The notes under the pieces are model-generated. The model saw nothing but the letters and a program-made list of their open reading frames with translations, was not told where the DNA came from and ran no database searches. DNA of 64,000 nt, taken from positions 64,001 through 128,000 of the IMG/VR virus record IMGVR_UViG_3300028182_000001; one strand, written 5' to 3'. Origin of the DNA: a virus. Below are positions 45,862 to 55,128 of this stretch, piece after piece. The position numbers and the translations under genes are program-made. Position 1 is the stretch's first letter, and each line of letters opens with the position of its first letter.

Positions 45862-46821
45862 ATGTTCAATAAACAAGACGGAGAGACCCCCACACGGTTG
45901 AAATTGTTCGTGTCGCCAACGTTCGAAGGTGTAACTAGTGTAGCAGTTATAGAGGAGATTTTACAAGACGATATAGTTCTCGAAACTGTATTCACAAACA
46001 CACTGGATTTTAGGGAACACGAAAAATTTAAAGACGCAGACATGATACTTGTGTTAGGATTAGCATACCGAGGGTACACGCTGCCCACGGAATTTTTCAT
46101 TAACGCAGACGTACCGTTTGTGGATTTCGTTCATATCAGTACATACGGAAATGCGATTGAAGGTAAACATATCATATCGTTCGTAGACGAACACACCGAT
46201 CCAATTAAAGTGTTGTACAACATACTGACAAATATGTCAAGTTCCTTAAATTTATCAAAGTACGTGAAACTTACCGATAAAGCGATGTATATGGTAGAAG
46301 CAGTTAACTCCTACCGTACATGGACGTGGGAAGGTAACAACACGACACGTATGTTACTAGCGCTATATCACGCTAGTTATAAGCGTCTTCCTAAGCTCCT
46401 ACACGGGCTTTCATTGCAGGAGGTAGTAAAAGCTAACGCACCTGTTATTAAAGGTCAGTTGGAGAAGCTAGAGGATTATATAGAGAGAAAGAGCCAACAG
46501 GTTCAATCACGTCAGGTTACAATTGACGGACAAGAATGCGTTATGAAACTTGTGTACGCAGAAGAATACATAAATGAGCTTGCGAACGATATCCTTCACC
46601 AAGAAGACATAGCGGTACCAGTTATCGTATGTGTAGGGAGAACCACAAAATCGAATGATATTTTTTCTGTACGGACTAAAGGGGTCAATGCAGGAAGAGT
46701 GGCAGAAGTGATTAATGGTGGGGGAGGTAAGGAGAACGTAGCTACATTCTTCTCCTCACTGGGGTATGCAACACTTATGGCAAATGCAACCGTAACCAGT
46801 ATAAATAATGGTGCGTTGTAG
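45862..46821 (+). CDS. DHH/DHHA1 phosphoesterase-like protein with degenerate catalytic motifs
   Basis: Layout (VNSYRTWTW, YAEEYINELAN, FSVRT, VAE..NGGGGKENVA) resembles the DHH family, but DxDG, DHH and GGGH are replaced. Confidence 0.55.
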   Translation: MFNKQDGETPTRLKLFVSPTFEGVTSVAVIEEILQDDIVLETVFTNTLDFREHEKFKDADMILVLGLAYRGYTLPTEFFINADVPFVDFVHISTYGNAIEGKHIISFVDEHTDPIKVLYNILTNMSSSLNLSKYVKLTDKAMYMVEAVNSYRTWTWEGNNTTRMLLALYHASYKRLPKLLHGLSLQEVVKANAPVIKGQLEKLEDYIERKSQQVQSRQVTIDGQECVMKLVYAEEYINELANDILHQEDIAVPVIVCVGRTTKSNDIFSVRTKGVNAGRVAEVINGGGGKENVATFFSSLGYATLMANATVTSINNGAL

Positions 46822-46872
46822 ATATCACAACTTAGTAGTGTGATATAATAAAATTCGGAGGGGATTTTTTAC

Positions 46873-47127
46873 ATGATTAAAGCAAAGGCATTCGAGAAAT
46901 GGATGGACACAAGTGGTCTTGTTTCCGATCCTGAATTTGGTAAACTTACTGACTTGCTTAGTAAACTACCAGTTGTTGATACAGGAAGCAGTGGAGGACT
47001 AATCTTCGCATCCGAGACAACGGTATATGCGACAGCAGACGAGCAGTACTTACGATTAACATACCAAGTACGAACACCTAAAACACCGATAGGGATAAAA
47101 TACACTTACTACTTTGGTCAAGCCTAA
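46873..47127 (+). CDS. Hypothetical protein
   Basis: GGAGG RBS, 84 aa. Confidence 0.65.
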   Translation: MIKAKAFEKWMDTSGLVSDPEFGKLTDLLSKLPVVDTGSSGGLIFASETTVYATADEQYLRLTYQVRTPKTPIGIKYTYYFGQA

Positions 47128-47149
47128 TAATTACATGGAGTGAGTAATT

Positions 47150-48457
47150 TTGGCTAAAGAGAAATTAACGGTTCAAGAACAAGAATTAATTAAACAAGAG
47201 ACAGGCGCATATGTGGTAGTTATGGGTTACTTAAAACGAGAACGTGGACAAGTAGCCCCGTCTGTTTTCAACAAGATTATTGTCGAACTGGGTTATGATA
47301 AAGTAAAGAAGAACGATTTAATTGCAGTAGCACAAAAGATTGAGAAGAATGACGTGTTAGCAAGTCTGTATAAGAAGTCTTACTTAGGTGAGATTACAAT
47401 AGATGATATTCCACACGCTTACGAAGAGGAGTCGGAAGTGAAAGAGGAAAACATATTCTCCTATGTAACGAACTACTTAATGGACAAAGAGGACAACACT
47501 GCTAAACTACGAGAATACAGAAAATTACAAAAAGACGGAACTCTTATGGCTCTACTAATGAAAGACTTGAAGAAGCATTTAGTAGAGGAGTTAAAAGGTC
47601 TACCTCGTGCGAAGTACTTAACGTCAACACCGTACACACCTGTAAAAGGGGATAAGACGTTAATCCTAGCACTATCAGACTGGCATGTAGGATTTATCAG
47701 TCACGATATGCACACAGGAGACTACAATTTCGAAAGACTGCAAACGTCTATTCAAGAGATTGTATCGTACACGATCCGTACAGTGCAAGAGAGAGACATT
47801 AAAGAAGTTCACGTGCTGTTCTTAGGAGATTTAGTAGAAAACTTTGCAATGCGTTCTACACAGTCATTCGATTTAGAGTTTACCTTCGCAGAACAAATCG
47901 CAAAAGGGCAACAGTTACTAATAGATGTACTACTTACTCTTTCTAAATTTGTTCCAGTTACATTCAGTATGGTAGCAGGGAACCATGACCGATTCGAGAC
48001 TGACAAGAAAACTGCTATCTTTAACAACTCTGTGGCATACACTGTATTAGAGAACCTAATCATGTTACAAGAGAAGATGGGGCAGCTTCCTAACGTTACG
48101 ATTACGGACAATCGAAAAGACGTGTACCGATTCGATGTAGATATCGCAGGTCAAGGTATCGCAGGTGCTCACGGAGACCACTTAGCAAAGTCTAGTGAAA
48201 AGATTCCTGCATTCATGACGCATGGTAGAAAAGTAGATATCCTGTTTACAGGACACTTACATAACTTTAGAATTGCACAGGAGAGCTTTACACGATTACA
48301 TCTTCAAGTAGGCTCTACTATTGGAGAAAACTCATACTCTCGTCAAGGTAACTATCCGACAACAACACCGTCACAACAAATTGTTATTTTGACTGAAGGT
48401 TCTAAAATACCTGAACTGATCCCGTTGTGGTTAGGTACAGACGGAAAGTTACTATAG
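47150..48457 (+). CDS. Calcineurin-like metallophosphoesterase with N-terminal helical extension
   Basis: SDWHVG, LGDLVE, AGNHDR, HGDH, GHLH motifs. Confidence 0.85.
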   Translation: MAKEKLTVQEQELIKQETGAYVVVMGYLKRERGQVAPSVFNKIIVELGYDKVKKNDLIAVAQKIEKNDVLASLYKKSYLGEITIDDIPHAYEEESEVKEENIFSYVTNYLMDKEDNTAKLREYRKLQKDGTLMALLMKDLKKHLVEELKGLPRAKYLTSTPYTPVKGDKTLILALSDWHVGFISHDMHTGDYNFERLQTSIQEIVSYTIRTVQERDIKEVHVLFLGDLVENFAMRSTQSFDLEFTFAEQIAKGQQLLIDVLLTLSKFVPVTFSMVAGNHDRFETDKKTAIFNNSVAYTVLENLIMLQEKMGQLPNVTITDNRKDVYRFDVDIAGQGIAGAHGDHLAKSSEKIPAFMTHGRKVDILFTGHLHNFRIAQESFTRLHLQVGSTIGENSYSRQGNYPTTTPSQQIVILTEGSKIPELIPLWLGTDGKLL

Positions 48458-48470
48458 GGAGGAAAAGAAA

Positions 48471-48854
48471 ATGACTGCATATGAGATTGTATTAGTTACA
48501 CTGTACATGGTGGTAGCTGTAACATTCGTTACGAATAACATTCAGCTATATAAAGAGTCTGCTAGACTGAAAGAGATGGGACAAACCCCTCTAACGGGTC
48601 GCAACCTATCCGTAGTGATTGTGGCATTCGTTGCCGAGATGTTGACCGTAGCAGGAATTATGTGGTGCTTCCAAGCGCTAGATACCCCTGTAAACTCTTG
48701 GACTGTATCCTGTATGTTTATTGTAGGTTACTTACTACGTAACGTAGGCTCCTACTCTTCTGCGTGGTTACTGTGGACTGTATTCGTTCGGATCGACAAA
48801 GGCAAAATGAAACACGAAGTGGAAAAAGAAGTTAGTGGTGGGAAGGCTCTGTAA
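48471..48854 (+). CDS. Membrane protein
   Basis: Three to four hydrophobic segments; GGAGG RBS. Confidence 0.7.
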   Translation: MTAYEIVLVTLYMVVAVTFVTNNIQLYKESARLKEMGQTPLTGRNLSVVIVAFVAEMLTVAGIMWCFQALDTPVNSWTVSCMFIVGYLLRNVGSYSSAWLLWTVFVRIDKGKMKHEVEKEVSGGKAL

Positions 48855-48875
48855 TAGAGTCTTTCTTTTTTTTTA
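48844..48875 (+). terminator. Intrinsic terminator
   Basis: AGGCTCT-gtaat-AGAGTCT followed by a long T-run. Confidence 0.7.
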
Positions 48876-48890
48876 TTTTTTTTTATAAAT

Positions 48891-48960
48891 GTTGTTGACT
48901 TTAGGAAAACATGTATGGTAAATTAAGTACAAGAGATAACGAACAACATATCGAGGAGGA
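48891..48960 (+). repeat. Promoter-leader module copy 1 (promoter, GATA-N10-TATC, RBS)
   Basis: GTTGTTGACTT...ATGGTAAATTAAGTACA..AGATA-N10-TATC-GAGGAGG. Confidence 0.75.
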
Positions 48961-48966
48961 AACGAA

Positions 48967-49161
48967 ATGAGCTTATCAAAAGCAGAATTAATCAAAATGT
49001 TACAAGAGGATAAATCACCAATGGGTATACCAGTTCAGGTATGTCTAGCTTGCACAAACAATGATGAGAATGTGATTAGCTTATCAGTTACACATATCGG
49101 ATATAGCAAAGATTTCGGATGTTTGTTTATCGAAGGTACTTACGAGGAGGATGAATTTTAA
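48967..49161 (+). CDS. Hypothetical protein
   Basis: GAGGAGG RBS. Confidence 0.7.
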   Translation: MSLSKAELIKMLQEDKSPMGIPVQVCLACTNNDENVISLSVTHIGYSKDFGCLFIEGTYEEDEF

Positions 49162-49345
49162 AATGAAACGATGGATATATGAAGTAACGTATACAATGAA
49201 AACTTGCCCAATGCTAACGCTTAGATTGGATGACTTGTACGAAGACAGGAGCATAGCAGAGTTCGAAGCAGAAAAGTTAAAGAGAGAACTAGAAGGAGAG
49301 TACGCAGTAATTGATGTACGACCTAGAAAGTTGGTGCTACGATGA
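49151..49345 (+). CDS. Hypothetical protein
   Basis: Overlapping small ORF; start may be the later ATG. Confidence 0.6.
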   Translation: MNFKMKRWIYEVTYTMKTCPMLTLRLDDLYEDRSIAEFEAEKLKRELEGEYAVIDVRPRKLVLR

Positions 49346-49533
49346 TTCTACACCTACAATTGTGGTGGGCCGCAGATGGAACAGAAGATTACGGGCAAGC
49401 AATTCGGTGGCTCTATCTTTACGGTGTTATAAGTGAAGCACGAATGAAAAAATTAGATAGTAGAAACTATAAGAAGTGGAATAAGCGCAATAGTAAATCG
49501 TTCGATGACTATTTAAAAGTAGCGAGAGTATAA
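49342..49533 (+). CDS. Hypothetical protein
   Basis: ATGA overlap with the upstream gene. Confidence 0.55.
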   Translation: MILHLQLWWAADGTEDYGQAIRWLYLYGVISEARMKKLDSRNYKKWNKRNSKSFDDYLKVARV

Positions 49534-49549
49534 ACTATAATAAAGGGAG

Positions 49550-50065
49550 ATGTTTTACATGAAATTAGATTACGGATCAGGAAGACAACCAAAGCAAGGA
49601 TTCAAGTCATCGGACTTTATCGGTACACCGTGTTACGACTTCTACATCAAGGATTACAGAGTACTAGACTTAGCAGATAATACGTGCGATGTTATTCATT
49701 GCCGTAACGTGATTCACCACATTCCAAAGGAAGACTTACCGATCCTATTCGGAGAGTTCAAGCGTTTATTAAAGCCAGGTGGACAATTAATCATCTCAGA
49801 GCCACGAGAAGAGTTCCACGAACAAAACTTATTGCTGGACCTTATTTGGTACCGTTGGGTGAACTACGATACAAACATTATGATTCCTTACGAGTATGTA
49901 AACTATAAGAAGTATCTAACGGACTTCACGCTGCTTGATACAGTGGATGAGTATAACAACGAGATTCTTACATACGTAGTAAATAAACCAGTACAAAAAA
50001 TTACACGTAGAACAGGAGTGTTAGTATGGTCATCGAACTCAAAACGATCTCTTATTACGAACTAG
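49550..50065 (+). CDS. Class I SAM-dependent methyltransferase (Methyltransf_11-like)
   Basis: LDYGSG, D.IHCRNVIHHI, RLLKPGG.LII.EP motifs. Confidence 0.8.
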   Translation: MFYMKLDYGSGRQPKQGFKSSDFIGTPCYDFYIKDYRVLDLADNTCDVIHCRNVIHHIPKEDLPILFGEFKRLLKPGGQLIISEPREEFHEQNLLLDLIWYRWVNYDTNIMIPYEYVNYKKYLTDFTLLDTVDEYNNEILTYVVNKPVQKITRRTGVLVWSSNSKRSLITN

Positions 50066-50295
50066 AAGATATCATGAACGAAATGGAAGCAAGAGGGTTT
50101 ATGTCTAAGCGTAAGTTTTGGCAGGACTATGCAACTGAATTTGGTGTTAACCGAGGTGCGATAGCGTGGTTTGGTTTCGACTACTACGAGTACACGGATA
50201 AAGCAGAGATATACGATATATACTTTGCAGAAGTTAAACGTATGTTAGGATTACCTGAGAAGACTAGTGGTATTATAGTTAAAACGGATTGGTAG
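50026..50295 (+). CDS. Hypothetical protein
   Basis: AGGAG RBS within the upstream gene. Confidence 0.65.
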   Translation: MVIELKTISYYELEDIMNEMEARGFMSKRKFWQDYATEFGVNRGAIAWFGFDYYEYTDKAEIYDIYFAEVKRMLGLPEKTSGIIVKTDW

Positions 50296-50312
50296 AAAAT
50301 AATTTTAATAAA

Positions 50313-50380
50313 GTTGTTGACTTATAGAAAACAACATGGTAAATTAAGTACATGAGATATCAAACAAATTATCGAAGGAG
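50313..50380 (+). repeat. Promoter-leader module copy 2
   Basis: GTTGTTGACTT...ATGGTAAATTAAGTACA..AGATA-N10-TATC-GAAGGAG. Confidence 0.75.
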
Positions 50381-50869
50381 ATGTTAATTATGAATACAAC
50401 AACATTAAATACGGATCAGTTACAAGTGGTATGGGAGCAACTAGACGGAGCGTGTGAAGCTCTAGAACGTTTACAGGAGAATGGTATTAGCACAGGAATG
50501 GTAGACTTCTCTTCCGTAGTAGCGTTAAAGAATGAAGTAGAAGAGTTAATGCAAAAACAAGGTAAGGCACTTTCATTTAAAGACATCGTAGAAACAAATA
50601 AAATCCCGTTCAACTTAGAAGCAGTAAAGCGTGAGCTAAGGGAAGTAATAGACGGGAAGTTCATGGTACGGCAGTACAAAGGGTACAGAGGGTTAGATAG
50701 ACAAGGAATCCATACTTACTATGTTTACTTCGATACTCCGACACCTCGAAACAAAGACGGTATAACGGTAACATTGGAAGCACTTGGTTTAGAACCAACG
50801 AAAATGCGTGTTACTAGTGGATCGTACGGATATATAATCTCATTTAAAGTGAAAGAGGAGGGCAAGTAA
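50381..50869 (+). CDS. Hypothetical protein
   Basis: Follows module 2; start probably ATG 50390. Confidence 0.65.
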   Translation: MLIMNTTTLNTDQLQVVWEQLDGACEALERLQENGISTGMVDFSSVVALKNEVEELMQKQGKALSFKDIVETNKIPFNLEAVKRELREVIDGKFMVRQYKGYRGLDRQGIHTYYVYFDTPTPRNKDGITVTLEALGLEPTKMRVTSGSYGYIISFKVKEEGK

Positions 50870-50870
50870 G

Positions 50871-51224
50871 ATGATTAACAGAGAAAAAATTGCAGTTGCC
50901 GCAAAATTACTAGAGCTAGTTGTGAACCACAAAGATACGCAAAGCGTGGAAGGTCATATAGAGATGTTTGAGAATTGCAGAGAGCAGGGTTATAGAATCT
51001 GCTTACACACGTTTGGTGGGGATAGAGTAAAAACAATCGCATTCAGTGAGCACCGTAGTAGCGATGATATTGTAGTGTATCACAGTATGGATCATGAGGA
51101 GTACGCATTCGGATACTCTGAAAAGTTTTGGGAGAGTTCGAAGCACTTCAGATACAACGACTACGAAGGCGCTACTGAGTACATTATAGACTTACTTAAC
51201 TACAGAGAAGGAGCAGAGGGCTAA
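50871..51224 (+). CDS. Hypothetical protein
   Basis: GGAGG RBS, 117 aa. Confidence 0.7.
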   Translation: MINREKIAVAAKLLELVVNHKDTQSVEGHIEMFENCREQGYRICLHTFGGDRVKTIAFSEHRSSDDIVVYHSMDHEEYAFGYSEKFWESSKHFRYNDYEGATEYIIDLLNYREGAEG

Positions 51225-51225
51225 T

Positions 51226-51516
51226 ATGGGTGATTTAGCAGATGACGCAGTAGAGTGGGCAATGAGAGAGTACTATGATTTTAGAGAAGCGAGGAAGGAG
51301 GAAGTGTATGCTTGGAAAGACCGAGCTACACGCCTCCTCTCTACTAAAGACGATGGACAAGTAGTAGAGGAAGTTGAGAAAGTGTTAAAGCGTGGTTCGT
51401 ACAACAAAGAGTATCTAGACCAGCAACTATCAATGATAGCTTACTATATGATGTATAGAAGATTAACAGAGAAACAAAAGTGGGCAATGTGTTTGTTCGC
51501 TACAGAATACGAATAA
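51226..51516 (+). CDS. Hypothetical protein (MGDLAD-type N-terminus)
   Basis: 96 aa, operon position. Confidence 0.7.
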   Translation: MGDLADDAVEWAMREYYDFREARKEEVYAWKDRATRLLSTKDDGQVVEEVEKVLKRGSYNKEYLDQQLSMIAYYMMYRRLTEKQKWAMCLFATEYE

Positions 51517-51520
51517 AAAA

Positions 51521-51588
51521 GTTGTTGACTTAAAGACAACATCATGGTAAATTAGGTACATAAGATAATTACTAACATATCAGGAGGA
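51521..51588 (+). repeat. Promoter-leader module copy 3
   Basis: GTTGTTGACTT...ATGGTAAATTAGGTACA..AGATA-N10-TATC-AGGAGG. Confidence 0.75.
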
Positions 51589-51595
51589 ATTAGAA

Positions 51596-52330
51596 ATGGA
51601 TAAATTCGGGAACCGCATGAAAGGTTATGAAAATGCTTATAGAATAAAGTTACCACAGAGAATGCCAGTAATCGTGCGTATTGATGGTAAGGCGTTCCAC
51701 ACTTATACAAAAGGTATGAACCGACCATTCGATTCAACACTAGCATACGCAATGTGGGAAACTTGTAAATACTTAGTGAAGAACGTTATGGGTTGTAAAC
51801 TAGCATACACACAGTCTGACGAAATTAGTCTACTAATCACAAACTATGAAAAGCTAACAACTCAATCATGGTTCGATAATAACCTACAGAAGATCGTTTC
51901 AGTGGCCGCATCGCTCGCTACAGCGAAGTTTAACGAGGTTATGAGGGAAACATACCCTGAGAAGGAACTAGCTCTATTTGACGCTAGAGCGTGGGTCTTA
52001 CCACAAGATGAGGTAAACAACTACTTCTTATGGAGACAACAGGACGCTACAAAGAATAGTATCTCAATGGTAGCACAAGCAAACTTCCCACACAAATCTC
52101 TGCAAGGTCTAAATGGAAGACAGTTACAGGATAAGTTAATGCTAGAAAGAGATGTTAACTGGAATGACTTACCTGTATGGCAGAAACGTGGAGTATGTAT
52201 CGTAAAAGAAATCTACACAAAGAACGGAGCATTACGATCCCGTTGTGCAGTAGATGAGAGCACGCCAGTATTCTCACAAGATACGGATTATATTAATGGG
52301 TTAGTATACCCAACTAAGGAGGAGAAGTAA
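51596..52330 (+). CDS. thg1: Thg1-like (tRNA-His guanylyltransferase family) 3'-5' RNA polymerase
   Basis: RMKGYE, VRIDGKAFH, YTQSDEISL, FDAR, YFLWRQQDATKNSI, W.KRG motifs. Confidence 0.93.
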   Translation: MDKFGNRMKGYENAYRIKLPQRMPVIVRIDGKAFHTYTKGMNRPFDSTLAYAMWETCKYLVKNVMGCKLAYTQSDEISLLITNYEKLTTQSWFDNNLQKIVSVAASLATAKFNEVMRETYPEKELALFDARAWVLPQDEVNNYFLWRQQDATKNSISMVAQANFPHKSLQGLNGRQLQDKLMLERDVNWNDLPVWQKRGVCIVKEIYTKNGALRSRCAVDESTPVFSQDTDYINGLVYPTKEEK

Positions 52331-52331
52331 G

Positions 52332-52715
52332 ATGGAAAAAGATACAATTTACGCATTTGTATTCACATTAAAAGGTGACGTAGTAGGAACGAAGTCTTGG
52401 TTCTATGACAGTGAGAAGGAAGCAGCGTTATCGGCTAAATCGGCAATGCCTACATACAAAGCAGATGAGGTATCTATCCATCGCTTTGACGAGGGAACAG
52501 GGGAGTTCTTAAAGAATAGTGTTGTTCGCCAACGAAACGATATCAAATGGAAAGAGGTATATAACGCTCAGAATATGTTCGGTAAGGCATTTCACTACTG
52601 CCAAGAGGTTGCTGAAAACGTAGGGTATAAGTATCTCTTATTCAATGGAGTAGTGTACAGTGTCAACGGGACACTTAATCAAGGACTTTGTGAAGAGAAA
52701 GATTTAATCGTCTAA
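52332..52715 (+). CDS. Hypothetical protein
   Basis: AGGAGG RBS. Confidence 0.7.
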   Translation: MEKDTIYAFVFTLKGDVVGTKSWFYDSEKEAALSAKSAMPTYKADEVSIHRFDEGTGEFLKNSVVRQRNDIKWKEVYNAQNMFGKAFHYCQEVAENVGYKYLLFNGVVYSVNGTLNQGLCEEKDLIV

Positions 52716-52728
52716 GGAGGGACAAGCT

Positions 52729-53007
52729 ATGAATCTATACCGACAAATTACTGCCCAAGAGTTACGAGATGAGATTTCCGTAATGTATAGTCACGCCTTG
52801 ATACGAGACGAGAAAGACCAAGAGGAGGTACTGCACGCTATTAAAATGATGAGTCGTAGGGAAGCGAAGCAAGCGATCCGAAAGTACTTCAAAGGTGATG
52901 TCGGATGTGCTGTCTTCTATAACAGAATTAAGAAGCTTTACTTCGCTCTAGAATGGGTTCAATCAGGTACCCCAGTTTACACAGATTTAATGAGGGAGGA
53001 TGATTAA
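52729..53007 (+). CDS. Hypothetical protein
   Basis: AAGGAGG RBS. Confidence 0.7.
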   Translation: MNLYRQITAQELRDEISVMYSHALIRDEKDQEEVLHAIKMMSRREAKQAIRKYFKGDVGCAVFYNRIKKLYFALEWVQSGTPVYTDLMREDD

Positions 53008-53359
53008 AATGGGTTGGAGAAAGAAATTAGGTACAGGTGTTATAGTGGACGAGCAGGTGGACGAGTACTTAAAGGGTAACGGTTTCTACGAATCAACGTT
53101 AAATCCTCGATTCCTGAATGACTGGTCGTTTGTAGACCACATTAAGGAACACGGAGCACCTTGCTTACGACTAGATACTACGGATCGTGACCGTGGTAAT
53201 CCTGAATACACTCTACGTGTATTCGTAGCAGCCAATGAGCTATATATGGAAGTACAAACAAGTTGGGGTAGCCTTGACAGGTCGTATCATGTTCATGCAC
53301 AATATGGTATTACGATGGATAATATTGACGAGCTTATGGACGAATTAATTGATTACTAG
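53000..53359 (+). CDS. Hypothetical protein
   Basis: Overlapping ORF, GGAGG RBS. Confidence 0.65.
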   Translation: MIKMGWRKKLGTGVIVDEQVDEYLKGNGFYESTLNPRFLNDWSFVDHIKEHGAPCLRLDTTDRDRGNPEYTLRVFVAANELYMEVQTSWGSLDRSYHVHAQYGITMDNIDELMDELIDY

Positions 53360-53370
53360 GAGGAGATAAC

Positions 53371-53583
53371 ATGCACAAGAGTAAACTGAATATCTCGGAC
53401 ACATTGCGATCCGAGATTAAACAACAAGAAACTACAACACGAAAACTAGCGTCTGACGTTGGGTTACACCAACCACAGATCAGTAAGGTACTAACAGGTA
53501 CCAACTACCAAATTGATACGCTCATCAAAGTGCTAGACGGGTTAGGACTAGAGATACAATTAACTAAGAAGGGTGGAGAATAA
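53371..53583 (+). CDS. XRE-family HTH protein
   Basis: TTRKLASDVGLHQPQISKVL.G...QIDTLIKVLDGLG. Confidence 0.85.
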   Translation: MHKSKLNISDTLRSEIKQQETTTRKLASDVGLHQPQISKVLTGTNYQIDTLIKVLDGLGLEIQLTKKGGE

Positions 53584-53584
53584 A

Positions 53585-53983
53585 ATGAAGAAGAAACTAA
53601 TTGCAGGTTTGATGTCTATTATGGCAGTGATAGGTTTAGCAGGTTGTAGTACAGAAGCAGATGTAGTTTCAGAAAATTTATCTAAGTCAGCAGATTCGTT
53701 TGAGGTTCAACGAAGAGTAGTGTTCTTCAATGGTATAACGGATAAGTACCTTTTAAGTATTGAGGGACTATGCGCTTTAGATGCTGGTGACGGGAAAAAG
53801 ATAACTGTAACTTGTAAGACTGGTGATGGTAAGTATAAGAAGCACTACCTTGGATTAAGTGACAATGTAAGTTACTTTATCGAACAAACAGACGCTAAGT
53901 ACGAAGATGCGTACCATTACAAAGTACTGTTTAGACCTGAAGAGATTATTCCTGATATCAAGTTACAGACAAGCAACAAATAA
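53585..53983 (+). CDS. Phage lipoprotein
   Basis: MKKK signal peptide with LAGC lipobox; ADVVS.NLSK.AD.FEV.RRVVF.NGITD motif common in phage lipoproteins. Confidence 0.8.
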   Translation: MKKKLIAGLMSIMAVIGLAGCSTEADVVSENLSKSADSFEVQRRVVFFNGITDKYLLSIEGLCALDAGDGKKITVTCKTGDGKYKKHYLGLSDNVSYFIEQTDAKYEDAYHYKVLFRPEEIIPDIKLQTSNK

Positions 53984-54011
53984 ACTACTTTTATAAGAAG
54001 GAGGAATTAGG

Positions 54012-54302
54012 ATGAGTGGAGGAAGTTTCAATTACTTATGTTATAAACAAATACATGAACTGTTTGACGAGGAGAATTTAGTAGAGTTAGAGAATATGGC
54101 AACTAGTCTGATTGAGTTAGGTCATAAAGATGCGGCCCGAGAATTACTAAACATGAAATATACGATCGAGCAGTCTTTAGTACGTGTAGAGACTATGAAA
54201 GGTAGATTACATGATGTTATGCACGCAGTCGAGTGGCATGTTAGTGGAGATAGAAGTAAGGAAGCAGTCGCAGAAGCCGTAAAACAGTATAGAGGTGAAT
54301 AA
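54012..54302 (+). CDS. Hypothetical protein (MSGGSFNY family)
   Basis: AGGAGG RBS, 96 aa. Confidence 0.7.
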   Translation: MSGGSFNYLCYKQIHELFDEENLVELENMATSLIELGHKDAARELLNMKYTIEQSLVRVETMKGRLHDVMHAVEWHVSGDRSKEAVAEAVKQYRGE

Positions 54303-54303
54303 G

Positions 54304-54468
54304 ATGGATTACACAAATAACTTCAGTAAATTGGTTAGGCACATCGAGAAAAAGTTGATGGATGGTTATGAGTCCATTGATATCTACGAAGAGTTAGAGA
54401 AAGAAGGAGACTGGGCACCCGATAGTCTCCACGATGCTTACTATATCGCTAAGAAAAATTTAGAGTAG
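54304..54468 (+). CDS. Small 54 aa protein, not in the ORF track
   Basis: GAGGTG RBS; MDYTNNFSKLVRHIEKK...AKKNLE. Confidence 0.65.
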   Translation: MDYTNNFSKLVRHIEKKLMDGYESIDIYEELEKEGDWAPDSLHDAYYIAKKNLE

Positions 54469-54548
54469 ATTTATGAATTTAAATAGTTACAGATGATACT
54501 TTATATTGTATAATAGAGGAGGAATACAAGTTAGAGAGGGGTTACAGT

Positions 54549-55106
54549 ATGAATCCATTCGAGAATGGAGATTTAATTAAGATTTCAGCAAGTGATTTAA
54601 CGTACCGTAAGCAGGGAGTTCTCTACGTAGAGAAACGTCCCTACTACATAGTAGAACTGATTAAGGAGCCTGACACGGCGCTGTATGCAGTTGTATACGC
54701 AGTAGAGCCAGGTACAGAGAAGAAGCCGAAGAAACGAGCTACACCCATTATCAACAACGCAAACCGATTCAGTGGAGAAACAAGATTGGGGCAGATTGCA
54801 AACATGATGTTCCCCGTAAAGAAGACCACAGGATGGAAAGAGAATCCACCACTATTCGTATCACCTGTACTTAGCGGCCGAGTGGCTACACTAACAGGAG
54901 TGAACGAAGACGGATTCTTTGAACGTACACCTGATAGATGGACTTCCGTTGCAGGTACGAAGAAGTTAGAGCATGGTAAACCGACAGGAGTATTCATTGG
55001 GCTATCGACAATTGAGTGGGATACAATTACACATATCCCTGTAGACTCACTTGTACAAGCTATGATCCGTAATAAGCAAACGAGTGAATTCTTCGATTTA
55101 TCTTAA
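54549..55106 (+). CDS. Hypothetical protein
   Basis: 185 aa, GAGGGG RBS. Confidence 0.7.
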   Translation: MNPFENGDLIKISASDLTYRKQGVLYVEKRPYYIVELIKEPDTALYAVVYAVEPGTEKKPKKRATPIINNANRFSGETRLGQIANMMFPVKKTTGWKENPPLFVSPVLSGRVATLTGVNEDGFFERTPDRWTSVAGTKKLEHGKPTGVFIGLSTIEWDTITHIPVDSLVQAMIRNKQTSEFFDLS

Positions 55107-55128
55107 TAGTTTACTAGGAGGGAAAGTT

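Noticed and set aside
48891-51588. CRISPR array interpretation of the repeated modules
   Set aside because: Copies are more than 1 kb apart, separated by genes, and consist of promoter and RBS elements; no cas genes
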